Shown here: piece after piece, positions 1-10,456 of the stretch
How positions within the stretch are numbered: the stretch's first letter is position 1
Layout: every line of letters begins with the position of its first letter
Assembly: GCA_046290825.1 (NCBI GenBank)
Contig: JBKBTZ010000002.1
Coordinates: forward strand, 2,426-66,425
DNA from: Limisphaerales bacterium
GTDB taxonomy: Bacteria > Verrucomicrobiota > Verrucomicrobiia > Limisphaerales > DSYF01
Direction of reading: 5' to 3'
Length of the DNA stretch: 64,000 nt
The notes under the pieces: generated by a model
The model's input: only the letters and a program-made list of their open reading frames with translations
Databases searched by the model: none
What the model was told of the DNA's origin: nothing
Position numbers and translations under genes: made by a program

Positions 1-384
1 CTTGAATTTGCTCGGATTGCCGGGCCGCTCGGCCAGTCCGCCGAGGCGTCCGCTTTGGGCGTCTTGAATGGCCTGCTCGCGGGTGACGACAATTTTCTCA
101 AAGGGGTTGTTCGCCTTGATCTCCTTCTTCATCTCGGCCTCGATCTTCTCGAAGTCTTCGGGCGAGATGCGGTGGGAACATTCGAGGTCGTAGTAGAAGC
201 CGTTTTCGACGGGCGGGCCGTAGGCGAACTGGGCGTCGGGCCACAGGCGCAGGATGGCGGTGGCCATGACGTGGGCGCAGGAGTGGCGAATGCGCTCCAG
301 TTCGGTCATCTGGTTGCGCTGATCAAGCGTCTTGCGGTCGGCGTTGGGCGGGACCGTTGGCTGGGGCTGGGATTCGGCTGACAT
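1..384 (-). CDS. thrS: Threonine--tRNA ligase, N-terminal part (runs off window start)
   Basis: Manual translation from ATG at 384: MSAESQ...ELERIRHSCAHVMATAILRLWPDAQFAYGPPVENGFYYD...; HSxAH and GPxxExGFYYD motifs of the ThrRS editing domain. Confidence 0.93.
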   Translation of the reverse strand, partial: MSAESQPQPTVPPNADRKTLDQRNQMTELERIRHSCAHVMATAILRLWPDAQFAYGPPVENGFYYDLECSHRISPEDFEKIEAEMKKEIKANNPFEKIVVTREQAIQDAQSGRLGGLAERPGNPSKFK

Positions 385-602
385 GTTTTTGTTTGCTTCA
401 CTCGGCTGGAGGCGGAGGGCAGCGTTTGCGCCGCCCTCCGCATGCCTGCCGAGGGCGGGCACGCGGCGGGAAATTAGTATCGGGGGCAGGGCAAAGGAAC
501 CTCATTTTTTGCCGGTGGAACCGGGTGGACGCATCGCCGTTGCTTGCAACCGAGACGCGAGCCGCCCTGCTCCTCGATTTCTTGCGGGGCCGTCGTGGGT
601 TC

Positions 603-649
603 GTAGCGCAGGTTTCCCAACCTGCCGTATCGCCGACTTTCCAGTCGGC
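603..649. repeat. REP-like element: GTAG-started double hairpin
   Basis: GTAGC-gcaggtt(tccc)aacctgc followed by GTATC-gccgact(ttcc)agtcggc; intergenic. Confidence 0.6.
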
Positions 650-680
650 TGGGGGTAGCCGGAATTATGCAGTGCGTTTT

Positions 681-826
681 GGTGGAACGGCCAACTTGGC
701 CGTTCTGGGCGGCAACTTGCCGCCCCGCTGTGCGCCCCGCACCTCCAACCATGCCGTGGCTGCTTCCTGCGCCCGACGGCGGGGCGGGTCGCCCGGCAGA
801 ACAGGCCAGAGGCCCGTCTCTCCCCC
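681..826. repeat. Degenerate inverted pair of palindromic REP-like units (REPIN-like)
   Basis: 681-727 (ggaacggccaacttggccgttc / gggcggcaacttgccgccc) is an imperfect reverse complement of about 779-826. Confidence 0.45.
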
Positions 827-932
827 GACCTTGAACTGAATGGTCCCCCTGGTCCGTAAGTTTGTCCTTTCCGCTTTGCCCGGGGGGCGGCCCGGCCTAG
901 CCTGCGCCGGTCCGGCGAGCCACCGATTGCCC

Positions 933-2174
933 ATGCCACGCGCGCTTTCCCCGTTCTGGACGCTGTTCATCCTCACCGGACTGAACCTGTTCAACTATTT
1001 CGATCGTTACGTGTTGTCGGCGGTGCTGCCGCTGGTGCAGAAGGATCTGGAGTTGAATGACAGCCAGGCCGGCTGGTTGGGCACGGCCTTCATGCTGGGC
1101 TATTTCATCACGTCGCCGGTGTTCGGGTATCTGGGGGATCGTTCGTCGCGGAAATGGCTGATTGCGGCGGGCATCTTCATCTGGAGCCTGGGCACGGTGC
1201 TGACGGGGTTTTCGGACCGGCTGGCGTTGGCTCTGGGGTGGCAGGCGTTCGCGGTGATGCTGGCGTTCCGGGTGATGGTGGGCGTGGGCGAGGCAAGTTA
1301 CGCCACCATCAGCCCGAGTTACATTTCCGACACATTCGGGCCGGCAAAGCGGAACAACGCTTTGACCATTTTCTATGTGGCCATTCCCATCGGCGCGGCG
1401 CTCGGGGCGATTGTGGGCGGGGAGATTGGCGGGCGCTGGGGCTGGCAACATGCCTTCATCTGGGCGGGCGCGCCCGGCCTGTTGCTGGCCGTCGTGTTGC
1501 TGCCCTTTGCCGAACCGCGGCGGGGTGGGGCGGATGGCGTGGTAGCCGTGGAAAAGCCCGCGCGGGGCGACATCCTCAAGCTGTTCCGTCTGCCGGATTA
1601 CCTGCTCGTGGTGGGCGGTTACATGGCCTACACGTTCGCGCTCGGCGCGTTCGCGCACTGGGGGCCGACGTTTCTCAACCGCGCGCACGGTCTGGCCGAA
1701 GCGGATGCGGCGCAGTTCTTTGGGCTGGTGCTGGTGGCGGCGGGGCTGGTGGGGACATTTGCCGGTGGCTTCGCGGCGACGGCGTGGCGCAAACGCAACC
1801 GGGGGGCCTATGCATGGGTGCTGGGGCTTTCCGTGAGCCTGGCAGTGCCGCTGGCGTTCGGGGCGTTCCTCACGCCGCAGAAGGGGTTGGCAATGGCCGG
1901 GCTGGCGGGGGCGATGTTTTTCCTGTTCCTTGGCACCGGGCCGGTGAACACGCTCATTCTCGAGACGGTGCCGGTGAACCTGCGTGCCAGCGCGATGGCG
2001 ATGAGCATCTTTCTGATCCACCTCTTCGGCGACATGCCGTCGCCGCTGCTGGTGGGGTGGTTGTCGGATGAATGGGGCAGCCTGCGTTCGGCGGTGTTGA
2101 TTCTGCCGGTTGCCTTGGTGGTGGCGGCGCTGCTTTGGCTGGTGCTGGCGCTCAAGCTGCGGCGGGCGAAATAG
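933..2174 (+). CDS. MFS transporter, spinster-like
   Basis: About 12 hydrophobic segments; NLFNYFDRY, GYLGDRSSRK motif A, GVGEASYATISP; ATG at 933 preferred over the extended ORF start. Confidence 0.88.
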   Translation: MPRALSPFWTLFILTGLNLFNYFDRYVLSAVLPLVQKDLELNDSQAGWLGTAFMLGYFITSPVFGYLGDRSSRKWLIAAGIFIWSLGTVLTGFSDRLALALGWQAFAVMLAFRVMVGVGEASYATISPSYISDTFGPAKRNNALTIFYVAIPIGAALGAIVGGEIGGRWGWQHAFIWAGAPGLLLAVVLLPFAEPRRGGADGVVAVEKPARGDILKLFRLPDYLLVVGGYMAYTFALGAFAHWGPTFLNRAHGLAEADAAQFFGLVLVAAGLVGTFAGGFAATAWRKRNRGAYAWVLGLSVSLAVPLAFGAFLTPQKGLAMAGLAGAMFFLFLGTGPVNTLILETVPVNLRASAMAMSIFLIHLFGDMPSPLLVGWLSDEWGSLRSAVLILPVALVVAALLWLVLALKLRRAK

Positions 2175-2253
2175 GACCGCCGGATGCGGAACGCCGAAGA
2201 CCAGCGCCCGAATTCGGCGGAGTCAGCACCCCACGGGCCAAGTTGCACTCCGC

Positions 2254-3822
2254 TCAACCGTGCCCGGCCTCTTCCTCGCGCGCGGCGTCCTTCACGGCTT
2301 GTTCCACCGGTTCCCGGCCGGATTCCTGCAACTGCAGATGCCGCCGGAAGAAGAATGTGCCCAGCGGCGTGACCAGCGCCATGCCGCCAATGATGAGCCA
2401 CATGATTTCGGGCTGCCGCGGCCCCTCCGCGGGGCAATACCAGGCCAGCAGCCAGCCGGAACTCAGGCCCACGGTGAACTTGGCCACGAAATAGGGCAGC
2501 ATCGAGAGCGCCATGTAGGAGGCCTCCTGGCCTTTGGGCGCGATGGCGGCGGCGTATTCATAGAGGCGCGGCGACCAGAACGCCTCGCCAATCGAGAGGA
2601 AGAAGATGAACAGGAAAATGCCCATCCACAGCGGATTCACCGGCCCGGCCACCTGGAGCCAGTCTTGCACGATCAGTTTGCCGAACCAGCCGTCGGCCAG
2701 CGGTTGGAACCAGCGCGCCGGCACGGCGAGAAAGAACACCGAGAGGGCCGAAATCAGGCTGCCCCACGTCACCATCCGGTAGGCGGACACGTTCTGGGTG
2801 AGCGCCCCGCAGATGGGCACAAGCACGAGGATCATCATCGAGTTCATCATGCCGCTGAGGTGGGCGAACGGCGCGCCATCGCCCAGCTCGCGGATGGCGT
2901 ATTTGGGAAAAGTGTAGGCGAGGTGGTAGAAAATCATTTTCACGCCGACCACGAGCGTCATGAACAGAAGGAAGCGGTAGAAGGCATTTTGCCGCCAGAG
3001 GCCGCCGAAGATGCGCAAGGTTTCGCGCCCGGCGTCGCGCGCGCCACGCCACGCCGAGGCGAGGATGCCCTCGCCCGCCTGCGCCTTTTTCGGCGGCTGG
3101 ATGCGGACGCCGTCCTCCGTCATTTCGACGCCCTCGCGCATGCAGGCCCAGACCAGAACCAGCCCCGGCAGCGTGAACACCACGCCGAGGAAGATGAGCA
3201 TCTGGTAGGGACATTGCTGGAGGCTGTGCCAGGTGAACGTCCACAGATGTTCGGTGTGTTCCACGCCGACCGCCGAGGCACGCGTGGCGGCGGCGCGGAC
3301 CTTGTCAAAAATCACGTCGCCGATGGCGAAGCCGAGGTTCATCAGCGCGTAGTAAAGCGCGAAGGCCACCGATCGCTGGGCGGCGTTGGTGTAACGCTTG
3401 CAGGCGGCGGCCATCACCGGAATCAGCAACGCGATGCCCGCCGCCTGGAGATACAGGCCAAACGGAATCACCACCCACGGGTTGGCGGTGGCGGTCATCA
3501 CGAAGCGAGACACCAGGCAGATCCAGAACCCCAGCAGGAACGTTTTGCGGACGCCCAGCGCGTCGGTCAGTGAGCCAACGAGCACGGTGATGAGTGTCAT
3601 GATGGCCGACCACACCGCCACCATGGCCCCGGCGGACTCGTCGCCAAATTTCAAGTCGGCAGACAGCCAGAGCGTGAGCACGCCCGCCGCCCCGACCTTG
3701 TAGGCGACGTTCTCGAAAATGTAGGCGACATAAACGATCCACAATTCCCGCGGGGCGGAGCGCAGGCCGGTGAACTTGGTAAGGAAACCCTTGAAGCCGG
3801 AAGGGGAGGGGGACGCGCTCAT
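2254..3822 (-). CDS. MFS transporter, POT/PTR-like peptide transporter
   Basis: Multi-pass membrane protein; GSLTDALGVRK motif A, AFALYYALMNLG, SIGEAFWSPRLYEY...APKGQEASYM. Confidence 0.8.
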   Translation of the reverse strand: MSASPSPSGFKGFLTKFTGLRSAPRELWIVYVAYIFENVAYKVGAAGVLTLWLSADLKFGDESAGAMVAVWSAIMTLITVLVGSLTDALGVRKTFLLGFWICLVSRFVMTATANPWVVIPFGLYLQAAGIALLIPVMAAACKRYTNAAQRSVAFALYYALMNLGFAIGDVIFDKVRAAATRASAVGVEHTEHLWTFTWHSLQQCPYQMLIFLGVVFTLPGLVLVWACMREGVEMTEDGVRIQPPKKAQAGEGILASAWRGARDAGRETLRIFGGLWRQNAFYRFLLFMTLVVGVKMIFYHLAYTFPKYAIRELGDGAPFAHLSGMMNSMMILVLVPICGALTQNVSAYRMVTWGSLISALSVFFLAVPARWFQPLADGWFGKLIVQDWLQVAGPVNPLWMGIFLFIFFLSIGEAFWSPRLYEYAAAIAPKGQEASYMALSMLPYFVAKFTVGLSSGWLLAWYCPAEGPRQPEIMWLIIGGMALVTPLGTFFFRRHLQLQESGREPVEQAVKDAAREEEAGHG

Positions 3823-3945
3823 GCGGGGGACGGCGCGGACGGTAAGCCGGCGCGCCGGGCGGGAACAAGCTTTTTGCCGGAAACCGCCGCCGCCGACCGG
3901 CGGGAATCGCGTTGCCAGCGCGGCGCGGCGTGATTGAATGCCGCC

Positions 3946-4833
3946 ATGCCCGGCGTTACCCCATCATTGCCGTCATTGGCGGGTCCCCCGCCGCCCGAAC
4001 GGGAAGCCCTGGTGAAGCTGCTGGGCGACGAGGACGAGGCGGTGCATCAGGCGGTGCGGGCGCGGATTCTGGCGTATGGCCCGGAAGTGGTGGCGTGGCT
4101 GCGCCCGTATGTCCTGAGCGACGACGCACTGGTGCGGCGGCGGGTGCGGGAGCTGTTGCGGTTCCTGGGCGCGCGGGAGGCGGACCGCGAGTTCCTGTTG
4201 TTTTGTCTGCGCAATCAGGACGACTTCGACCTGGAAACGGGCGCGCTGCTGCTGGCGCGCACGGCGCATCCGGAAATCAACCTGGACGCCTGCCGCGCGG
4301 TGCTGGACCAATGGGCGGCGGAATCACGGGAGCGGGTGCGGTTCACCGGCGAGCCGCGGGTTTTTCTGGCGCGTTGGAACGCCTGGTTGTTCGGCCCCGA
4401 GGGTTTTCGCGGGGACCGGGAGACGTATTTCCGTCCGGGCAACAACTATGTGAACGAGGTGCTGGAGCGGCGGGCGGGAAACGCCATCGGGTTGAGCCTT
4501 GTCTATTTGTTGCTCGCGAAACGGCTTGGGTTGCCGGCGGCGGGCATTGGGTTTCCCGCGCATTTCCTCTGCCGTTATCAGGACGCCGCCGAGTCCATCT
4601 ACATTGACGTTTTCGATGGGGGCCGACTGCTGACCCGGGCGGACTGCGTGAATCATCTGCTGCGCAGCGGACTGGGGTTTCAGGAGCAGTTTCTGGCGCC
4701 GGTTACGCCGCGGCTGATTTTGCAGCGGCTGTGCGCGAACCTCCACCAGAGCTACGCGCATTTGGGGGAGGGGGAAAATGCCCTGCGAGTGCGGGGCTAT
4801 CTGACGGCCCTGACGCGCGGCGTGGCGGAGTGA
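3946..4833 (+). CDS. SirB1/transglutaminase-like core protein with N-terminal HEAT-like and C-terminal TPR-like helices
   Basis: GFRGDRETYFRPGNNYVNEVLERRAGNAIGLSLVY...GIGFPAHFL...YIDVFDGG. Confidence 0.85.
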   Translation: MPGVTPSLPSLAGPPPPEREALVKLLGDEDEAVHQAVRARILAYGPEVVAWLRPYVLSDDALVRRRVRELLRFLGAREADREFLLFCLRNQDDFDLETGALLLARTAHPEINLDACRAVLDQWAAESRERVRFTGEPRVFLARWNAWLFGPEGFRGDRETYFRPGNNYVNEVLERRAGNAIGLSLVYLLLAKRLGLPAAGIGFPAHFLCRYQDAAESIYIDVFDGGRLLTRADCVNHLLRSGLGFQEQFLAPVTPRLILQRLCANLHQSYAHLGEGENALRVRGYLTALTRGVAE

Positions 4834-4921
4834 ATCGGGCCGGAGGCAGGGTCAAAAATCGAAATTCGAGTTCGGAAGCCGAAAAATCTGGGCGAAAGAG
4901 GGCGCGGTCGGGAGCGCGAAT

Positions 4922-4958
4922 AAAAAACGCCGGCGGTGGCCCGCCGGCGTTGGGTTTT
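4922..4958. terminator. Probable bidirectional intrinsic terminator between convergent sirB1-like gene and clpC
   Basis: A6-aacgccggcgg/ccgccggcgtt hairpin, T-tract on minus strand. Confidence 0.65.
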
Positions 4959-4977
4959 GAATGGAACTGGCGGCGCC

Positions 4978-7470
4978 TCAACTGGAGACCGCGCCTGCGT
5001 CGGCGGCGGGTGCGTTCTGGGTGAAGACCAGCTTGTCGGCTTCCACGCTCACCTGGATGGGTTCGCCGTCGTGGAGGTTGCCGCGGAGCAATTCCTCGGC
5101 GAGCGGGTCTTCGAGATGGCGTTCGACGGCCCGGCGCATCGGGCGCGCGCCGTATTGCGGGTCGTAACCTCGTTCGAGCAGGAAGTTCTTGGCCGCCTCG
5201 TCGAACTGCAGCGTGATGCGTTTGTGCTGGAGGCGGTTGACGACCTTGGCGATTTCGAGGTCGAGGATCTTGATGAGGTCCGGCCGGGTCAACTGGCGGA
5301 AGACCACGATGTCGTCCAACCGGTTGAGGAACTCGGGGCGGAAGGTTTTCTTGGCCTCCTCAAGGATGGTCTCACGAAGCTTTTCGTTCGAGGACTCTTC
5401 GGTGACGTTGCCGAAGCCCAACGCGCCAGTGCGGCGGCCCGTGCTGGAGCCGACGTTCGAGGTGAGCAGGATGACGGTGTTTCGGAAGCTGACCACGCGG
5501 CCGACGCTGTCGGTGAGTTTGCCCTCCTCCAGAATCTGCAGGAGCATGTTCCAGACGTCGGGGTGGGCCTTTTCGATCTCATCGAACAGCACCACGGAAT
5601 AGGGCCGACGGCGGACGGCCTCGGTCAACTGCCCGCCTTCCTCGTAGCCGACATAACCGGGCGGTGAACCGACGAGGCGGGAGACGTTGAACTTTTCCAT
5701 GTATTCGCTCATGTCGAGCTGGATGAGCGCCTTGGCGTCGCCGAACATCTGCTCGGCGAGGGTTTTGGCCAGCAACGTCTTGCCCACGCCGGTGGGGCCA
5801 AACAGCGCGAAGGTGCCGATGGGCCGTTTGGGATCCTTGAGGTCGGCGCGCGAGCGGCGCAACGCCTTGCAGAGCGCGGTGACGGCCTCCTGCTGGCCGA
5901 TGACCACCTTGGACATCTCCTCTTCGATGGCGAGCAGGCGGCGGGCCTCGTCGCGCTCCATGCGCTGCAACGGGATGCCGGTCCATTTCGAAACGACGTG
6001 CAGGATGTCGTCCTCGTCCACTTTGACGCGCTTTTCCTCGCGGTTCGCGCGCCAGTCGGCGAGGAGCTTCTCCAGTGCCTCCTTGGCCTGCTTCTCCTTG
6101 TCCCGCATGGCGGCGGCGCCCTCGAAGTCCTGGCTCTTGATGGCCTGTTCCTTTTTGGCCTTGATGGCTTCGATTTCCGCCTCCATCGCCTTGGTTTCGG
6201 GTGGGCGGGTCATGGCGCCGATGCGGGCGCGTGAACCGGCCTCGTCCATGAGATCAATGGCTTTGTCGGGCAGGTAACGGTCCGTGATGTAACGGTCGGC
6301 GAGCTTGACCGCGGCCTCGATGGCGGCGGGGGTGAATTCGACCTTGTGGTGGTCCTCGTATTTGGATTTGAGGCCGTTGAGGATGAGGATCGCCTCCTCG
6401 ACCGAGGGCGGCTCGACCTTGACGGACTGGAAGCGGCGCTCGAGGGCGGCATCCTTCTCAATGTATTTGCGGTATTCGTTGAGCGTGGTGGCGCCGACGC
6501 ACTGGAGTTCACCACGGCTGAGGGCGGGCTTGATGATGTTCGAGGCGTCCATGGTGCCCTCGGCGGAACCGGCGCCGACGATGGTGTGCAACTCGTCAAT
6601 GAACAGGATGATGTTCTTGGCGCGCCGGATTTCGTCCATGACCGCCTTGATGCGCTCCTCGAACTGGCCGCGATACTTGGTGCCGGCGACCATGAGCGCG
6701 AGATCAAGGGTGATGACGCGCTTTTCACGGAGGAGTTCGGGGACGTTGCCGGCGACGATCTCCTGCGCCAGCCCCTCAACGATGGCGGTCTTGCCCACGC
6801 CGGCTTCGCCCAGGAGCACGGGGTTGTTCTTGGTGCGGCGGCAGAGAATCTGGATGACGCGCTCGATTTCGTTGCGGCGACCGATGACCGGATCCATTTC
6901 CCCCTTGCGGGCGATTTCCGTCAGGTCGCGTCCGAAGGCCTTGAGGGCGGGGGTTTTGGTGTCGCCCTTCTTGTCGCCCGCCGGTTTGACGGCTTCTTCG
7001 CCTTCCTCGGGCGCGGTGAAATTGGGGTCCAGTTCCTTGAGAATCTCCTGCCGGCATTGCTCGATGTCCACGTCGAGGCTCTTGAGCACGCGGGCGGCCA
7101 CGCCGTCGCCCTCGCGGAGCAGGCCGAGCAGGATGTGTTCGGTGCCGACGTAGGTGTGGGTGAGGGCCTTGGCCTCGCGCTTGGCGAGGTCGAGCACCTT
7201 CTTGGCGCGGGGCGTGTAGGGGATGTTGCCCATCGCCTTGAGTTCGGGGCCGGTGCCGACGGCCTTTTCGACCTCGAGCCGGACGGTTTCGAGGTCGAGG
7301 CCCATCTTTTGGAGGACGTTGACGGCGACGCCCTGGCCCAGCTTGATGAGGCCAAGGAGGAGGTGTTCGGTGCCCACGTAGTTGTGGTTGAACCGGTCGG
7401 CCTCCTTGCGCGCCAGGGCCAGCACCTGCTGGGCGCGCGGGGTGAAATTGCTCATCGCTTCATCGCTCAT
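4978..7470 (-). CDS. clpC: ATP-dependent Clp protease ATP-binding subunit ClpC
   Basis: Two Clp-N repeats, Walker A motifs GEAGVGKT and [11 protein letters not shown]-like coiled coil, [11 protein letters not shown]. Confidence 0.95.
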   Translation of the reverse strand: MSDEAMSNFTPRAQQVLALARKEADRFNHNYVGTEHLLLGLIKLGQGVAVNVLQKMGLDLETVRLEVEKAVGTGPELKAMGNIPYTPRAKKVLDLAKREAKALTHTYVGTEHILLGLLREGDGVAARVLKSLDVDIEQCRQEILKELDPNFTAPEEGEEAVKPAGDKKGDTKTPALKAFGRDLTEIARKGEMDPVIGRRNEIERVIQILCRRTKNNPVLLGEAGVGKTAIVEGLAQEIVAGNVPELLREKRVITLDLALMVAGTKYRGQFEERIKAVMDEIRRAKNIILFIDELHTIVGAGSAEGTMDASNIIKPALSRGELQCVGATTLNEYRKYIEKDAALERRFQSVKVEPPSVEEAILILNGLKSKYEDHHKVEFTPAAIEAAVKLADRYITDRYLPDKAIDLMDEAGSRARIGAMTRPPETKAMEAEIEAIKAKKEQAIKSQDFEGAAAMRDKEKQAKEALEKLLADWRANREEKRVKVDEDDILHVVSKWTGIPLQRMERDEARRLLAIEEEMSKVVIGQQEAVTALCKALRRSRADLKDPKRPIGTFALFGPTGVGKTLLAKTLAEQMFGDAKALIQLDMSEYMEKFNVSRLVGSPPGYVGYEEGGQLTEAVRRRPYSVVLFDEIEKAHPDVWNMLLQILEEGKLTDSVGRVVSFRNTVILLTSNVGSSTGRRTGALGFGNVTEESSNEKLRETILEEAKKTFRPEFLNRLDDIVVFRQLTRPDLIKILDLEIAKVVNRLQHKRITLQFDEAAKNFLLERGYDPQYGARPMRRAVERHLEDPLAEELLRGNLHDGEPIQVSVEADKLVFTQNAPAADAGAVSS

Positions 7471-7601
7471 AATCGCGCCTCACAATGCGTTAGCGGTGCG
7501 GGTTTGTCTAGCGCGCCGGAACCCGGCGGCACCCGGGGTGTTTGGCGGGTGAGAAAGCCGTGGCTTTCGGGGGGTGCCAGGGGGGGTTGGTGGCGGCGGC
7601 G

Positions 7602-9164
7602 TTACTTGGCCACCTCGACGCAGCGGGTCTCGCGGATCACCGTGACCTTGATCTGGCCGGGGTATTGGAGTTCACCTTCGATTTTTTGGGCGATGCTGCG
7701 GGCCAGGCCGAACGCCTGGTCGTCGTTCAGGGCCGTGGGTTGCACGAAAACGCGGAGTTCGCGGCCTGCCTGCACCGCGTAGGCTTTCTCGACGCCGGGG
7801 AAGGACATGCCGATGCGCTCCAGATCCTCCACCCGTTTGATGTAGGTGGTCATGCTCTCCGAACGCGCCCCCGGCCGCGAGGCGCTGATGGCGTCCGCCG
7901 CGCTGACCAGCAACGCCCACGGGCCGACCGGTTCCACGTCGTGGTGATGGGCCGCGACGCCGTTGACGACCGGTTCCGGTTCCCCGTGCCGCCGGAGGAA
8001 ATCCGCGCCGACGACGGCGTGCGGGCCTTCGACCTCGTGGTTGAGTGCCTTGCCGATGTCATGCAGCAATCCGGCGCGCCGGGCCGTGGCCGCGTCGAGG
8101 CCCAATTCCGCCGCCATGAGGCCCGCGAGGTGGGCGACCTCGACCGAGTGGTCCAGCAGGTTTTGCGCGTAGCTGCGCCGAAAATGCAATCGCCCGAGCA
8201 GCCGCGCCACTTCCGATGCCAGCGGCGCGACGGCGGCGCGGGTGGCGGCCTCCTCGCCCAGTCGGACGATGGATTCCTCCATCTCCTGCGTCACTTTGGC
8301 GACCACCTCCTCGATGCGTGTCGGATGGATGCGCCCGTCCTGAATCAGCCGGGACATGGCCTCCCGGGCGATTTCACGGCGCACGGGATCGAACGACGAG
8401 AGCACCACGGCGTTGGGCGTGTCATCCACCAGCACGGTCACGCCGGTGGCGGACTCGAAGGCGCGGATGTTGCGGCCCTCGCGGCCGATGATGCGACCTT
8501 TCAACTCGGTGTCCGCCAGCGCAATGGTGGCGGTGCTGGTCTCGCCGGTGTGCTCGCTGGCGTAACGCTGGATGGCGGTGCAGAGAATTTGCCGTGCCTT
8601 GTCCTCGGCGCGGGTGCGCGCCTCGTCCACGATCCGCCGGGCGATCTTGCTGGCGTCCCGGAGGGACTCTTCCTCGATCTCCTTGAGGAACTGCTGCCGG
8701 GCGGCGGCCGGGCTGATGCCGGCGAGGCTCTGCAACTGCTGGCGGCGCTGGTGAATGAGGGCGGCGAGTTCTTCGGCGCGGCGGGCGTTATCGGCCTGCT
8801 GGGTTTGCAGGGCGGCCTGCCGGTTCTCCAGTTCCCGCTCGGTGCGCAACAGGCGTTCGAGCTGTGCGTTCAGCAGACCCTCGCGTTCTGCCAGCCGGCG
8901 CTCATTTTCCACCAACTGCGCGCGCTGGGCGGCCAGGGATTGTTCGGTTTCGCGATTTTGGCGGGCGACCTCCTCCTGCGCGGCCTGGCGCGCGGCGAGC
9001 GCCTTTTGCTCGGCTTCCGCGTGCAGCCGGGCTTTGAGTTCCTCCGCCTCCCTCTGCTGGCGGGCGAGCCGTTGGCGCTGCCGCCACCGGGCCAGCCCCA
9101 AAGCCAGCCCGACGCCCAGCGCAAAACCCGCGGCGCCGATCCAGATGTCGCTTGTCGAAAACAT
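7602..9164 (-). CDS. rny: Ribonuclease Y
   Basis: N-terminal TM helix, coiled coil, KH domain (KGRIIGREGRNIR), HD domain (LLHDIGK), AVQAGRELRV, YPGQIKVTVIRE. Confidence 0.96.
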   Translation of the reverse strand: MFSTSDIWIGAAGFALGVGLALGLARWRQRQRLARQQREAEELKARLHAEAEQKALAARQAAQEEVARQNRETEQSLAAQRAQLVENERRLAEREGLLNAQLERLLRTERELENRQAALQTQQADNARRAEELAALIHQRRQQLQSLAGISPAAARQQFLKEIEEESLRDASKIARRIVDEARTRAEDKARQILCTAIQRYASEHTGETSTATIALADTELKGRIIGREGRNIRAFESATGVTVLVDDTPNAVVLSSFDPVRREIAREAMSRLIQDGRIHPTRIEEVVAKVTQEMEESIVRLGEEAATRAAVAPLASEVARLLGRLHFRRSYAQNLLDHSVEVAHLAGLMAAELGLDAATARRAGLLHDIGKALNHEVEGPHAVVGADFLRRHGEPEPVVNGVAAHHHDVEPVGPWALLVSAADAISASRPGARSESMTTYIKRVEDLERIGMSFPGVEKAYAVQAGRELRVFVQPTALNDDQAFGLARSIAQKIEGELQYPGQIKVTVIRETRCVEVAK

Positions 9165-9180
9165 TCACCAGTGGCGCACG

Positions 9181-9759
9181 CTAACGGAACAGGGCGTGCG
9201 ACGGTGTTCGGATGCAGTTCAGTGAAACGTCGTGCGGCTCGCCGGGCAGCGTCTCGACGAGTTGAAAGTCGAACCCGACGCCGCAGGTGAAGCCGGGCAA
9301 CCCCGCCAGCAACCGGTCATAAAACCCCTTGCCCCGACCGAGCCGGCGAAACTGCCGGTCGAAAGCTACTCCCGGCACCAAGATGAAGTCCAGCCGGTTC
9401 AGGGGAATCTCCGGGCAATGCGCCGTCGGCTCGCGGATGCCGAATGCGCCGGGGGCGAGGTCGCGTTCCGGGTCAACCACGGCGGCGGCCGTGTAGCCCG
9501 ACGCTTCGCCTGCCTGCCGGGGCAGGGCGACCTGCTTCTTCTCCGCCAGCGCCGCGGCGAGCAGGGGCCAGAGGTCTGGTTCATCCGGCAACGGGGCAAA
9601 AAGCAGAACCGAGCGCGCGGCGCGCCATTGCGGCAGTTGGCGGATGGCCTCCGTCAGGCAGGCGCCCGACGTTTCGCGAAGGGCCGGGGCCTGCGCGCGG
9701 AGCAGGGCGCGCATCTGGCGGCGCAGGGCGGTTTTGGCGGCGATGAGGTCTGCGTTCAT
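9181..9759 (-). CDS. ygfA: 5-formyltetrahydrofolate cyclo-ligase
   Basis: KTALRRQMR, FGIREP, LVPGVAFD...RLGRGKGFYDR; ATG at 9759. Confidence 0.92.
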   Translation of the reverse strand: MNADLIAAKTALRRQMRALLRAQAPALRETSGACLTEAIRQLPQWRAARSVLLFAPLPDEPDLWPLLAAALAEKKQVALPRQAGEASGYTAAAVVDPERDLAPGAFGIREPTAHCPEIPLNRLDFILVPGVAFDRQFRRLGRGKGFYDRLLAGLPGFTCGVGFDFQLVETLPGEPHDVSLNCIRTPSHALFR

Positions 9760-9879
9760 GGGCAGCGGCTGGGTGGGCAGCCGGAGGTTCTCCGGGAAGT
9801 AGCAAACCGGGAACAAAACGAAATCCAATTTCCGTCGGGATCCCCGGATCGCGGTCCGACCGGTCCAGCGGCGCTGGGC

Positions 9880-10008
9880 GGATTTCCGTTTTTGCAGGAT
9901 GGAAGGCGCAAGGTGGTTGTCCTGACCCCCGCTAACCCGGAACGATTCCGTTCCACCCATACCCACTGCATGGTTCTGGCTGACACTGCCTTGCAAAATA
10001 CGGAGATG
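9880..10008 (-). ncRNA. ssrS: 6S RNA (compact)
   Basis: Terminal stem ATCTCCGTATTTTGCAAGG / CCTGCAAAAACGGAAAT closes a long hairpin that includes GAACCATGCAGTGGG; directly upstream of ygfA-rny, the classic ssrS context; ends approximate. Confidence 0.72.
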
Positions 10009-10072
10009 TGCCCGGGGCGCTTGCGCGTTGCCGCTTTACTTCACCGGGGGGCTGGGATATGCAGACTGCGCC

Positions 10073-10453
10073 ATGATGAAACGCTTTCTGCCGTTGCTGT
10101 TGCTGCCCCTGATTCTGACGGGCTGCACCGCCACGTTCACCAACCTCACCCCCACCCGCCAGGTGCGGAATCCGGACAACCTCTACCCCGTCGAGGTCCA
10201 GTTCAACAGCCGCCAGCAGTCGCTCCGCTGGCACACCATCCGGCCCTACATCCTCGTCGGCGACGAGGCGTTGCCCATGCGGCCGACGCCGCTGATGAAG
10301 AACCGCTGGGAAGGGCTGGTCCCCGTGCCGCCCACCGCCAGCCGGGTCGAGTATCGCTATAAGTTTGAATATGACTACAACGACTTTGGCGCGCGCAAGA
10401 GCGACAGCGCGTTATCGCCGAAGTTTGAACTGCGCATTCTCGACGCGAAATAG
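10073..10453 (+). CDS. Lipoprotein of unknown function
   Basis: MMKRFLPLLLLPLILTGC lipobox signal; coding-like codon usage. Confidence 0.8.
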   Translation: MMKRFLPLLLLPLILTGCTATFTNLTPTRQVRNPDNLYPVEVQFNSRQQSLRWHTIRPYILVGDEALPMRPTPLMKNRWEGLVPVPPTASRVEYRYKFEYDYNDFGARKSDSALSPKFELRILDAK

Positions 10454-10456
10454 GCG

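Noticed and set aside
9760..9996. N-terminal extension of the ygfA ORF
   Set aside because: It runs through the predicted 6S RNA; cyclo-ligase similarity begins at ATG 9759.
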